A stretch of 63,138 nucleotides of DNA, counting the filler, from Polymyxa betae A26-41 (lineage: Eukaryota; Protista; Endomyxa: Phytomyxea), in assembly GCA_003693705.1 (NCBI GenBank). It is 5 parts of 5 records of this genome, joined end to end, with 100 filler letters (N's around TTAATTAATTAA, not from the genome) between each part and the next. Parts side by side here need not be neighbours in the genome. Positions count along the whole stretch, not along the records: positions 48,280 to 60,352 come from RBZT01000609.1; positions 60,453 to 63,138 come from RBZT01000951.1; 3 more parts are not named here. The stretch is one strand, 5' to 3'. A program made the position numbers and the translations under genes. Positions 51,070 to 63,138 of the stretch are shown here, piece after piece. The first letter of the stretch is position 1; every line of letters starts with the position of its first letter. A model generated the notes under the pieces. That model had not been told where the DNA came from and ran no database searches. It saw only the letters and a program-made list of their open reading frames with translations.

Positions 51070-53385
51070 AAAATGTTTGGTGGCGCGGCCTTCGCAGAAT
51101 TTGGCCCTTGACGAAATTTGGCCGAAGCTGTTCACCCTTGCGAAGCTTGGTGAAAACCTTGGCCCAATTTTTGAACGCTTGAGGAGGCCGTGACGCAGTT
51201 AAGCGTTTTCCATTGCTGTTTGTCGACTATGTCTGCGATTACGACTAGCGATGATTGTCTTAGCTTTCTGTCCAGCACTGATAGTGAGGACGAAGTCGCT
51301 GCTGTGGTTGCAGAACTTGATCCTGCTCCTCCGGGCAAAAAGGCAAAAGTAGTGGGCGTAGCGATTCGTCAGACCGTTACCTCCGAGAAGCTGAGAGTGC
51401 TGATGGCATTGCATAAAAATCACTATGCGACCTGGTCATAAGGTCAAAAGAAATCCGGCCGCCAGCTGCTTCCTGCTGAAGTTTGGTCCAAAGTAATTTT
51501 TTAGACGTGATCTGGCTCTTTATCTAATAAACAGCCGTTCGCGCAGATTTACAACGATTAGAAACAGGTCTTTCCTGACTGTCAAGTTACAGAGGAGCAG
51601 TTGAAAGCTCATGTTCGGAAAGAGAAGGAGTCTATAGATTCCGGAGGAGGGGACGACGCCTCTGGGAAAGTGCATGTCCAGCCTGTCGACGTCATGGAGC
51701 AGATACGCCAAGGCGATCGTCATGCAAGCAGTAATATTCATTCAGAGCGAGCGAAGATGCTGGTATCTTCAGACAAGAATGTCACTCCGGCGCCTAAGAG
51801 CGCGCTTGAGCTGACTAAAGTCGGTGATTCGGCTGATAGAAAACCAGTTAAGCTATCGAAGACCCTCTGCCTTCAACACACCGGTAACGTCAATGGCTGA
51901 TATTGCTGCTGATCTTAAGAAAAGCGTCGAGCTTCGTGAGCCGTTCAACAGGCTCCATGAGGAAGCCTTTCTGGCACAGGCGAACAATGCCAAGTTCCAA
52001 AATCTTCAAAAGGCTCGAAAAGTTGGTGTTATTTCCGAGACCGAATTTTTGGAGAAGGCAAAGCTTGTATGGCTTTAGATGACTACAAAAGTCGGAAGTC
52101 GCCTTGCCACCCACCCCCGGCGTTGTTATTTGTGTCGACACCAGCGGTCATGTCGTTCGACGACGCAGGAAATTAGTCATGATCGCAGCTGAACCAAACA
52201 AAAATGGTAAACTTATCGTGCTTCATGCCAGTTTTCTTCATCAGTCGTCGCCACTTGGGTTTAAGGCCTCCAATCCCCCATTCGACTTGGACTCTGTACC
52301 CAGCGTCCATGGAATTGAATGCATCGAGCACAGACATCTCACGGTCCTCCACAGTTTCGCGACGACCGATGCGACGCACTATGAACATATCCTCGCGATG
52401 TAACCGGGATCACCAAGCAAATATTCGAATATTCGTCGGTGTGGGCGAAGTGACGAAGCCAAATCTTGTACAGCTCGGATTGTCGCAAGATGTTTACATT
52501 ATGCAAAGATCCTGGGTAACCTGAATCGATATAAATAGAGAGACCGTTGTGGTCAACCACAACAGCATTGTTGAAACAATACATCGACTTGCGGCCGTTA
52601 TACCACAACCGCTGCTGATCAACACGAGACTCAGCAGCCGGACGAGGAATCTCGATCAGCGTCCCATCAATGAATCCGATGCATCCCTAAAATTCTGGAA
52701 AACACCTTGCAAGTACACGGCGTTCAAAATCATTCAGCCATTTGAGCTCATTTTTTAATGCATCGTTCAAACAGCTCGAAACGAAAATAGCGTCGTTACA
52801 TGCTGACGATTTAGACCAATTACAAGTGTATGCCTCGTAGCGCACGACGTTGTCGTGCTTCAAATTGAAAACTAAATGAAGGAGCCGCTGTTCAGGACTG
52901 AGCTTTGGACGCCGTCCAAACAACTGATCGAGGAGCGCCAGTAGTTCGAGCGTGGTTTGATATCAAGGGACACCCAGCAGCGCAGAGATCCTCGAATTCG
53001 CTAGTCGTGAAATCGTGAGATCCTTAAACAGAGAAGGTGTCTGTAGCAAAGTTGCTAACTGATCTCGTACTCCAACTATAGAATTCACAAACGCTTGGTC
53101 TTCGTCGTTCAGCTCGTCTGGAGCAAAGAGACACCAGACATTGAAGGCAGCAGTACCAACTGCACCAATAGCAGCTAACTCTTCCACAGTCAGCTCAAGA
53201 AGTTCAATCATACCAGGGGAATTCAGAGCTGTACAGCTTCAGTAGAAACTGAACCGTGAAACAAAAAACCACACAAGAATAAAAGCTTGGCCAAACTTTT
53301 GCATTTCTACATTCAATACCGGACATGCGCCAAAGTTGGGCGAACGGCAAATTTTACTGCGCAAAGTTCGGTCCCATTAACGGAC
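51070..53385. mobile_element. Degraded Harbinger element
   Basis: Minus-strand IDGTL, WYNGRK, GYPGSLHN, RVQVEWGIGGLK; convergent plus-strand accessory ORFs; TIRs not clearly resolved. Confidence 0.78.
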
Positions 53386-54455
53386 ATGTCTACTGACTAC
53401 GAATCTCGATTTCGACTTTTCGCTTAGGATGCGGTATGGCCCGAACTTCTACTCATCGATCAGTTTTGTCAAGGACTGGCACCTGAACTCTCACAGATGC
53501 TGGCTATTGTATGTGCCAGCGGCACTGTCTTCTCCACAACCGAGCAGATCATGTTTGTAACATCCCGACTCGCCTCCTAAACGTCATCCTCTGCATCGTG
53601 CGAACTGTAGTTTTGTAATCAAAAATTTACAAATATCCACACAAACGAAAATGGGCCGCGACCTTCTCTCTCCCCTGAAGAGAAACAGCTTCGGGACGCA
53701 CTCGGCCTCTGCAGTTATTGTAAAAGTGATGACCACTCCCTCCAAAACTGCCCAGGCGAAGCCAAAAAAGAAGGCGCTCTCAAGTACTGAAAACGACGGT
53801 TAACGGTTACCCTCTGTACTTTGTGCAATGTAGCATTCTGATAGAAAATAGAATTATCGACGCCCTTTCCATGATCGATAGCGGAGCAAGTTTTTTGTTG
53901 TATAAGTTCTTGTTTTGCTATTTGAAACGGTATTAGCAGAAGATCCTTACAAGATTGTTTGACAGCTTCGGCCTTTGATAACCGGCCTACCACAATCCGT
54001 TATCAGACTCACTGCAGGTGTTAATTGCAGAGCATTCCTGCGAACACGAATTTCTACTCTTGCCTACTTCGCGATATGATGTTATTATCGGCCTCGACTG
54101 GCTCAGCAAACACAACCATAGGATCGATTGGACCTCGCCTAGGCTTACCATCCCACCAGATTGTCGATCCGCCTATAGGCAGGCGACTCCTTGTTTCAAG
54201 AATGAGCGACCCACGGCAAGCCTCCATTCCATAGCGACTGATTCCCAACGAAAACAGCATGTTTCCTACTGTCGGAGTACAGCGACTATAAAAAGGTGTT
54301 CGAGAAAAACCCTGGCGAATACTTTGCCGCCACATCGACCATATGATTGCAGCATCGAGCTGCATCCGGACTCGACACCACCACATGGTCCTATCTATTC
54401 TCTGTCGATAACCGAGATGACCAAATTGGGTAAATATATCACTGAAAACTTGAAG
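53385..54455 (+). pseudogene. Chromovirus gag-protease-RT start fragment
   Basis: GLCSYCKSDDHSLQNC, IDSGAS, IIGLDWL, LPPHRPYDCSIEL. Confidence 0.85.
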
Positions 54456-54763
54456 CACCGCAACTCCTATTTCCATTATTCGCAGATAAAAGAGCCTGAT
54501 AATGCAGGAAAACGCCAATATGATTATCTAAACGGTTTCCAAAATTCTAGAGATATTTCCATTGATGGTATTTAAACAAAGGTTTTTGCATTTTATGGAT
54601 TCATGAGATTTAAAACAGAGAGAACAAATTTGATATTCTATTGTGATATCAAAGCATCACATAAATATAGGCATCTTACCTTCTTTTATCTCACTTGAAT
54701 AATCTTTGCCAAAGACTTCAATTTTCACGTACGCGCTGGTCCTAATTATCATATGAAATCAGA

Positions 54764-55051
54764 ATGGCCACTGTACATCTGTGATTCGACAGCAGCCAAG
54801 TTCCACCGGTACTAAGCACCCTCAAGCGGACCGTATGGATGTTTACACTTGACTTTACAGACATCGAAAAACAACCATGCAAGCTTCCTTTGCACCATGA
54901 GCGATTTACAATTGGTATGGTCATTGTACATCTGTGATTCGACAGCAGCCAAGATCTACCGGTATTAAGCACCCTCAAGCGGGCCGTATGGATATTTACA
55001 CTTGACTTGACAGACATCGAAAACAACCATGCAAGTTTCCTTTGCCATGAG
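54764..55051. repeat. Tandem duplication, 153-bp period, of the conserved hairpin unit
   Basis: 54764-54901 is closely similar to 54917-55051. Confidence 0.92.
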
Positions 55052-55474
55052 GGTTGATATGACATTACCATCCGATCAGAATCCCGGGAAAATAGATAGT
55101 GTCAGCACTTCTTTTTATGCAGAAGGCCTCGAGCCCAGAGACGTACACCTCATCACTTCTCGGAGCTTCGTGTGGCAAATCAAAATATGTTCCTGCATAT
55201 CGAAACCAGTAGATGATGAAGATGGAGGAGACGAGATGTAGAGAGCTGAATGGACAGCGAAACGGGAGAGGTTCCGGAGTCCGTAAAAGTTAACTGCGCA
55301 AATATATGTCGAAACAAGAATCCGTGAGTTCTAGGTAGCACAACGTGTCAAATGGAAGGCCACAAGTCACAGAAAAACGAGCGCATATTTTGTGCGAGAC
55401 CGGATTTGCAAAATCACAAGCTTCTGATATTAGAAATCTGGTCAGCTTTTGTAATATCGGAGTGTCTATAAATA

Positions 55475-56546
55475 ATGGACTTTCACATCAAAAAAAAAGT
55501 GCACGCAAAACCGAGGCTCTCATTTCGCGTGATGGAGACTGCAGCTCCAGGCTCCATTGTATTCTTCAAAAGAGATGGTAAACCGGTTGCAAGGGTAACT
55601 CTTTTAGCTGATGAACAAGACCATCATGAGCATATCAAGATCGTTCACGGCCATGATGTCGATTTTGAAACCGAAAGAGGGGTGTCGGTTGTCTGACTGC
55701 TTGTCGACGACCAAATTCCTTCTGTTAACACGAGCTCAGAAAATCAAGAAACTTTAACGAAAGGTCTTAGATTTATAGTGCCACTTGACTACCTGTCATT
55801 CAAGGTTGATACTAGACGTACGTTGGCAAATCAAAACAGTAATACTCTATTTTTATATATGACCTTTGTCATGCAAGCAAACGTCATAAAGCTAGAGCTT
55901 GAGCTTTCTACCATACGAGATACCTACTGGCCTCGTCCTGCTTGGCTTAATCACCCAAGAAATGGTCCACTATCTGTTGAACTTCTGAAGAAATTCAGAA
56001 TGGAGTCACCGCAAGCAATGACTCCAGAGCGTACCAAGATGCGCCAAGTGCTTCGCGACCAGATTACCTATAACAAGTGTGTTATTCCCATACCTCATTG
56101 TCGAGTATGACTCACATATATTGAAGGATGTCACAGGCTACAATTAAATCGGATGCTGAGAAGCTTTTTAATGTGGTTAATGACCTGTTTCCTCATGCAA
56201 AGGCGACCTTCGAGCTGATATACGGTGGTACGCTTGCGATAATCCGGCGTTAATAGATTGTTAGTTTTCAGCGTATTCAACAGAGTTACTGGATGAGTTT
56301 TCTGACATGCAAGCTAAGGAGAACGCAAAACGTAGGAAGCTGCAGAAACAACAATTGCCAGATCCAGAGGAATATGGTCAGTATAAATTCCCTAATGATT
56401 CCCTTGGTATGCTGCTAGAATCTGTATATGAAGAATTTGCTCACAAGGACCAAAACGATAATGCATGTTTCGACATCAACACCAACAATCGAGGTCAAAA
56501 GACTAGGATCGAAATAGTTTCACATCTGCAAAAGCGCAGTAAGTGA
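55475..56546 (+). pseudogene. Uncharacterised accessory gene of the CACCG-ended element
   Basis: Homologous to 38804-39596 and about 29470-29590; internal stops and probable introns. Confidence 0.6.
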
Positions 56547-56886
56547 TGCAGTGACAAAACTTTATAGAAACACTAAGACTCTTGAGCTTGAAATCAATCA
56601 AATACATGTGAATCTGTGGATACTTAATTCTTACGATTTCATGGACTGAAATAAACAGAACCGAAGTAGGTACACTTTTCGAACGATTCGATTACATTAT
56701 CATCAACACCCGTAAATGGTCACCAACAAGGACCGACGAACCAGCAATGGCCCCAAAAGGAAATGCTTTTGTAGAACACATCGCTGCAAAGGCAGCCTTG
56801 TGCACCCTCACACATACAGGAAACATCAACTCGATGATTTCAATATGTAAGACAACATTGATGATCTTTCGTCGATTGCATCTGTG

Positions 56887-58400
56887 ATGTCTTCTGGACG
56901 TTCCGATAGTCAATCTGCTGCTGACGATCCAATGCAGCAAGAGATTTCAGATACATCGATAAACCAGGCTGACTACAGCGATGAAAGCATTTATGCAACT
57001 GCCGAAAATCATACTGGCTATCACGATGAGGAGACGTTGTCATCGGTTTCTTCTGCTTCGCATAAAGACATTTTGTCTAACAGCAGCTCCGATCAGGTTC
57101 CAGATATCGACGACACCAATGACTCAGAAGTTTTTTCAGAGGATCGGCATATTGATGAAATCTCTGGGCTTGAATTCGACTTTGATAGGCGGTTAAGACA
57201 ATGAATGCTGCTAGAGCGATGCTGCAAACCTTGCCAGAAATCCGTCATAATCAAATGAATGAGCTTGCGATTTCAAACATTGGCCATCTGGAAAAAATCA
57301 AGATAAAAATTATGCAATTTGCAGACCAATGCCTACGCTCTGGCGTTAATAAGAAAAGCTTTGACGACCTGATGACAGCTTACCTATCAGCGATATCCTT
57401 ACAAACAGATCCGTTGTCAGGCGAAGACAATCATCTTTACCTAAATTTTCCAAACAGCTGGAAGGAAGCGAAGATCACAATTTTACGAGACATATTCCTT
57501 CAATTCAGGCCCCTTCTCCTAGAATCACGCCCTTCAGGACATTGCATATTCGCATTGGAAAACAAAAACGAACAGCGCTGTCCAGTGTGTCTCACTTCAA
57601 GGCAGAAGTCAAGAACGTTTCTGTACTGGCCTTTCTCTTATGCTATCCATGTATCTTGAATTTAGCATTGATTTGCTCTGTTGCTGATTATTATCAGATT
57701 CGATTCGCTTTCGCTTCATTTGCGAATCTGTTTTGGACAGGATATGAAGAACTAGATGTTGCTGACGAGAAGTATGCTGACACTCAGCACAAAGAGCAGA
57801 TTATTCGCGACTGGATTCAAGGGGATTTGTTTTATGATTTGTATGTACCATTTCATGTAAAAAGCAAACGGGATGCTGCACAAGGTGCTATCATTTAGTT
57901 AATGCCTACGTCATACTCATCATTTAAACAGGGAGAGAATCTATGGTTGTCGCTCTTTCCCATTGCTTTGATGGCTCTAGAGTGCACAACTCTTCGAAAG
58001 TATCGGTATGGCCTCATCTTTTCTCATATCTAACTCTGCCATCATGGGCACGTTGCAAGCCATCAGCAGTTGTAATGACATCGTGCTCCTACTTCTCTAG
58101 CCAAGCATTTTTTTGGTGACGCATGAGCTGAATATGATCAATATGGAAGGTCTCTGTATATATGATGCTTTTAAAGATCGTTTAATCAACGTAATATCGT
58201 CTGAGATCTGTGAATCTGGGTGCAAGTATCTTCAAACAGGTTAAAATCATATTAATGAGCAGCATGGCAGACTTACCAGCTTTTGCAAAGCCATGATGAA
58301 GGCAGGGTCGTCAAGTATAAACGGAGCTTGTATTTGCTCTATTGTAGGAGTCAAATGCAACAAACGAACTTGCCGGCTAGGATCTTTCAGATTTCTCCCT
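56887..58400 (+). pseudogene. CACTA Tnp2-like (Transposase_21) transposase, N-terminal half
   Basis: PSGHCIF...CPVCLTSR...FLYWP, IRDWIQGDLF, CFDG...VSVWP...LPSWAR, DLPA motifs. Confidence 0.7.
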
Positions 58401-59000
58401 GGAACGCATCCGTTTTGCAAGAAAGCTCTAATCCCAAAATGTTTAGGTCTTCTTCATTAAAAATCTGCAACTCCAACATTATGGACAAGGGATCATATTA
58501 TCGGTAAAATTTATTACGATTGTGTGTTTAAGGCGGAGGCCAAATTCGCCATCGGGAGGGAGGGAATAAGAATCCTGTCCCCTCAATTCGCCAAAGATCT
58601 AGCTTCTGGACCTCCCTCTGATTCGCGAATTTGGTATTTCGACTCCAAATCTCTTTCAATGTCTTGGCTTGGGTAGGCAACGGGTGAATCGATGTTGAAG
58701 TTATCGACTCGTTTGAAGAATGATTCAAGATAGAGGCGCCGAGGTCGGGTGATCACCCCAAGGCCCGAGGCTTGCGCCAACCTGCTGAGATGTTAACACA
58801 CTGGTGCTGTTAGAAGGGTACTGCGTCTCTAGTCCTTGAACCACTGGGATCCCAGTTGGCTCTTGGGCTCCACAACCGCCACGCGGCAGCCGCTCTTCAC
58901 TTGACTGTACCATCAGCACAGCTCACGCAACGCGGCATTTGGCTGTGGCTTTAAAACAAAAATTAAACAACCTGTGTGAGACTCAAACCTAGAGCCTGAC

Positions 59001-60352
59001 TGTAACATCCTCATCTTGAATCTCTTGGTCTATGATGGAACCTTTGAATCTTCATCCTTTTACTCATAATCTCGATACTTGCTGATTTCGTTCCTTCATT
59101 GCCAGATCCCAATAATGGAAGCAGGTCTGAAAACGTTTGTAAAAAGAAATGTTTTCTGAGCATCTAATAGGAACAGTATCGGATATGTATGAGTAAGTCT
59201 CAGATTTGAGACAGCTATACTACACAGTCCATACTGGTAGTAATTACTGGTCTTATCGTTTATATAATCAGATAGTACGCACCATACTGCGTACGGAGGT
59301 TTAGAGAACCTCAAATCTGATACACTCCCCTCCTCAAAAAAAATTAGGGTAACTTTTTAAAAAAGCAGAAGTACCTGCTCAACCTCACAAACCAAAAAAG
59401 GTTACATCCTTCATCGTGAATGGAGCACACGACCTCATCTATCAGAACAAAAACGCCAACCAACTCAGTCAGCATGCCATCCTCATGTCCTGAATCTTTA
59501 TATTGCTTATACATAAACATCACTTAAATTACTTATATATATAAACATCAATTTAATTACTAAATAATTTATGATAGCATGGATAGGCATTAAAAACCTT
59601 CGCAGGAAAAAAGCGTCACTAATCCAGCCAAAATCATCTAGAATTGTCCTCAATGAACTGGGCCACCTCAGACGCCAATCCATGCCTCTCGTTCCTCAAT
59701 CTTGTTGCATAGGCCTCAATCTTTGCCCGCACATCCTCATATAGATTCCTAAGCGGTTCCCAGGAATCCTCCTCAACAGAAAACCCCTTCCAGGAAACCA
59801 AAATTTCAAGTTCCTGGGTCACGGGATTTTTACGGCATTTTTTCAATTCTTGAATTTGAAATCGCTCCCCATCATGAGCGAACTGCCGTTTGATCTCCTC
59901 AGTTAACAATAGGTTTTTATCTGAATAAAAACGAACTCTATCTCCATGAACCCACCGTTTCGTCGAGTCCAGTATATTTTCCACTTCAAAAATATAGTTT
60001 GCATCAGTGTCAACTATCCGAAATAGTCCTAGTTTCTGTCCAGCAGATTTCGTAGGCTCCGGAAGCCCAACTAAGACAAAATCACCAACACAAAAATTTG
60101 GTTCTTTTCTCTTCATATTCTTTAATGAAGATTTTAATTTTCGTAACTTTTCAGAAGTTAATGTTACAGACTTATGCATTTCCGTCAATGCGAGCTGTAA
60201 TTCCTCAACATGCTTCTTGATAGATATGCCATCCACCTTGATTGTCCCAAAAGCGTGATATGGACACTTAAATATTTCCTCAAGTGGATTTTCAGCAGGT
60301 AATCCAGTCATCACTGTGATTGGTGCGAGCCCATTTAACCGATCCTGACCCC
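59001..60352 (-). mobile_element. Gypsy 3' end: integrase C-terminus, chromodomain, PPT and LTR (59001-59324)
   Basis: VHGDRVRFY, LVSWKGF...DSWEP; GAGGAGGGGAG then TGTATCAGA...TGTTACA. Confidence 0.88.
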
Positions 60353-60452
60353 NNNNNNNNNNNNNNNNNNNNNNNNNNNNNNNNNNNNNNNNNNNNTTAA
60401 TTAATTAANNNNNNNNNNNNNNNNNNNNNNNNNNNNNNNNNNNNNNNNNNNN
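60353..60452. other. Artificial contig linker
   Basis: N-TTAATTAATTAA-N. Confidence 0.95.
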
Positions 60453-60589
60453 GCGGAGTCCGGAAAGTCCGGAACCACTCTTGACGGGCCTGAACGAGGT
60501 TTGAGGCCTGATATTGAATCCCAATAACAACAATCCAATTCAACGCTTTATTAAAACGTGTCGCGTTCTCGAGACGAAACCGCTACAGA

Positions 60590-62510
60590 ACGAAGTCCAC
60601 AGTAAGGATTTCGATAATTTGAAACAGGCTATCTCTGGTGCTGTAGAATTAGCCTATCCTAGTGAAAATATGATTAAATGTGTCTATTATGACGCAAGCT
60701 ATCATGGTAGTTCTGGAGTTGTTACTCAAATTCCAATCGAAGATATAAATAAACCAATTCATGAACAAAGGCACCAACCTTTGGGCTTTGTTGGACACCG
60801 GTTCAATGGCTCTGAGCTGAACTGGGCGGCCATCGATAAAGCAGTCTTTGATATTAAAGAAACCCTTAAAAAGATATCATATTTATCACACATGCCCAAC
60901 CCATTTCATCTATACACAGATCATCGGAGTTTGATCGCTATGTATAGTCCTTTGAAATGTACTAAACAGTCAGCTGAACGCTTGGTTCGTTGGGGCATTG
61001 AATTACGTGATTATAGATATCTCATACATCATATCCCTGGTGAAGATAAATACTGGGCAGACTTATTGTCTCGATGGGGTACAGGTACTCTTGATGCGGG
61101 ACCTGTTGCCCACATTCAAGCATAAAGAGAATCTATCGATTCTTCTGACACCGACCCGACAGCGTTGATAACCTCAACTGTTCGTATTCAACCATGCAAA
61201 ACTTTAGTTTGGCCAGACCAGTCTGAATAATACATGAGCAAAGTTTCCATTTTATTGATAGTAATTTTGCTAAAAATTCAGATGGATTATTGGTTGACAC
61301 ACACAATCGAATACTTAAACCAGTACAGAGTATTGACCTGAAGCGACGCCTATGCATTATAGCTCATGCCGGCTGTCATTGTGGTTATTTTGCTTTTGAA
61401 AATGCACTTGCAATGTTACAAAGCTGGGTATACTCGGGCAGTATGACGCAAAACATCAAAGATGTCTGTCTTCTTGTCTACATTGCCTTCCAACGAGCAA
61501 AGGATTTCGTATTCCTCGACCCCTTGGATCAGCATGCCATGGCGCGACACCTAATGAGGCTCTTCATTTTGACTATGTATAATGCATAAATTGAAGAGTT
61601 CTTTGAACTATCAATGGATTTCGTCATTCGGGATGGCTTTTCTGGATTGGTCTTACTTAAGCCTGTTATTGTGCCAAATACAGCAAATACTGTAGATGCT
61701 TTATTGCAATGGCGCTCTCTATTCGGAAAGTCAAAAATATATGTCTCTGATCAAGCAGAGTACTTTGTAGATGAGATCATGAAGCCTTTTTGTAAAAAAC
61801 TCGGTGCAGAGCAACATTTTTTTATTGCATATGCTCACTACTCTAATGGACAATAGAGATTGTTAATCGTAGTATTAAAATTTTTTACGTTGTATGATCT
61901 CTGAACATCGTTCTGATAAAGCGGAATGGCCTTGGAAAGTGAAGTTAGTAGAACATGATATCAACCATCGTCCCTAACGCCGCTTAGGTGGCCCAGCGCC
62001 TATCTCCGCTATGACAGGATTACCTGCCGATAATCCCCTGGATTCAATTTTCTATTATCCAGAATCCTTTGCTATCAGCTCTATAGAATTTCAGTCAGAA
62101 CAAATCGTATCGCACATTGAACAACTTCAACACAGTCTTCAATATATGCATAAACAGATTCTATCTGTTACTGAGACTGAGCGACAGGCTCATCGTGATT
62201 GTAAATCTCAACATAAAACTTTGCCAAACTTTGATATTGGCGACTATGTTTTAGTCGCTATACCTGAAACTAAATCCGTTTCGAAACTTGACTTTATCTG
62301 TCATTGCAGTATCGAGTAGTCCATGTTCACAGGTCTTATAATTTCACAGTTGAACTCTTGCTCACTGGAGACAAACAACAAATTCATGGTGACCGATTCC
62401 AATTTTAAAACCCTAAACATCTAAATGTCACCGATGATATCTTGAATCAGTTGAAGTATGAAACAGCTCATAGACAAGTTGAAAAGGTTTGTGATGCCCG
62501 ATTAAACTCG
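60590..62510 (+). pseudogene. Gypsy RNase H-integrase remnant
   Basis: YDAS, TDHRSL, WADLLSRW, IIAHAG, RDGFSG, VSDQAEYF, IHGDRFQF. Confidence 0.88.
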
Positions 62511-62519
62511 ACAAGTACT

Positions 62520-63062
62520 GAGGATTTTCGGAAGATGAAAATTCCTGGTGCCCAGGTGCTAATTTTCGCCGATATTACCCTGGTGCTATCCATGAGTTTC
62601 TCGTGCACTTCGGTAATCATCTTTTTGCACCAATTATACGCGCATCCTTACCAAAAGTGCGAGAACTTGTTTGTAAGTAGACCTTTTTTCCATAACCCGA
62701 TTTCATCCCATTGGGTTTTACGGGGGCGGTTTTACTGGTGCTTCTTACATGTGTTCTTCGATTGGTATTTCTTATCACAAATTTCCTACTTCCTCAAATT
62801 TAGTGTATGGGAATTATTGGGGGATTATTTCGTGGCCTGATTACTGATTCTGGACGTGTTCTAAATGACTGGTGCTGAATACTCTACGACGATTCATCTA
62901 CTTACATTGCTACGATTGAAATACAGAATACTTTTACTCAATTTGACCTTTTATGAGAAACCCCACACAGCTTTCTGCGTGCGCCGGTCTTCAAACTGCG
63001 TACGCACTCCAAAGGGATTCGCGATTTTATGTTTAAAAATATCTGATACACTCCCCTCCTCA
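62520..63062 (-). repeat. LTR and PPT related to 59001-59324 (left boundary uncertain)
   Basis: ATCTGATACACTCCCCTCCTCAAA is shared by 59315-59338 and 63041-63064. Confidence 0.6.
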
Positions 63063-63138
63063 AAGTAAGTCCTCAGTTTAGAGTTTCCATTTAGCTTAGC
63101 TCTTTACGTCCCTCAATCTGATCTTTAAATTTCAGATC

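Larger units (their letters stand above)
54456..58500 (+). mobile_element. CACTA/CMC-like element copy 3: hairpin x2, accessory gene, transposase N-terminal half
   Basis: Terminus CACCGCAACT falls exactly where the chromovirus RT stops; downstream Tnp2-like motifs. Confidence 0.75.

Overview
Eukaryotic scaffold stitched from several contigs with N-padded TTAATTAATTAA linkers. It contains one intact host gene, an intron-rich (about 21 exons, mostly 45-55 nt introns) trehalose-6-phosphate synthase at 4059-7895. Its synthase motifs are intact, its phosphatase domain looks catalytically dead (like plant class I TPS1), and it may have an N-terminal signal peptide. The rest is nested, mostly decayed transposons: Ty3/gypsy (W[VI]DD RT type and chromoviruses), Ty1/copia, LINE and possible Penelope fragments, four PIF/Harbinger elements, hAT, pogo, and three copies of a CACTA/CMC-like family with 5'-CACCGNAACT termini. 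The most unusual signal is in that family. Every copy carries a conserved 105-135 nt long hairpin with compensatory base changes, close to a second hairpin motif and upstream of an uncharacterised accessory gene. One copy has the hairpin unit tandemly duplicated. The taxon cannot be determined; a SAR-lineage microbial eukaryote such as a plasmodiophorid is a plausible inference only. Boundaries of decayed elements are approximate and were read by eye.
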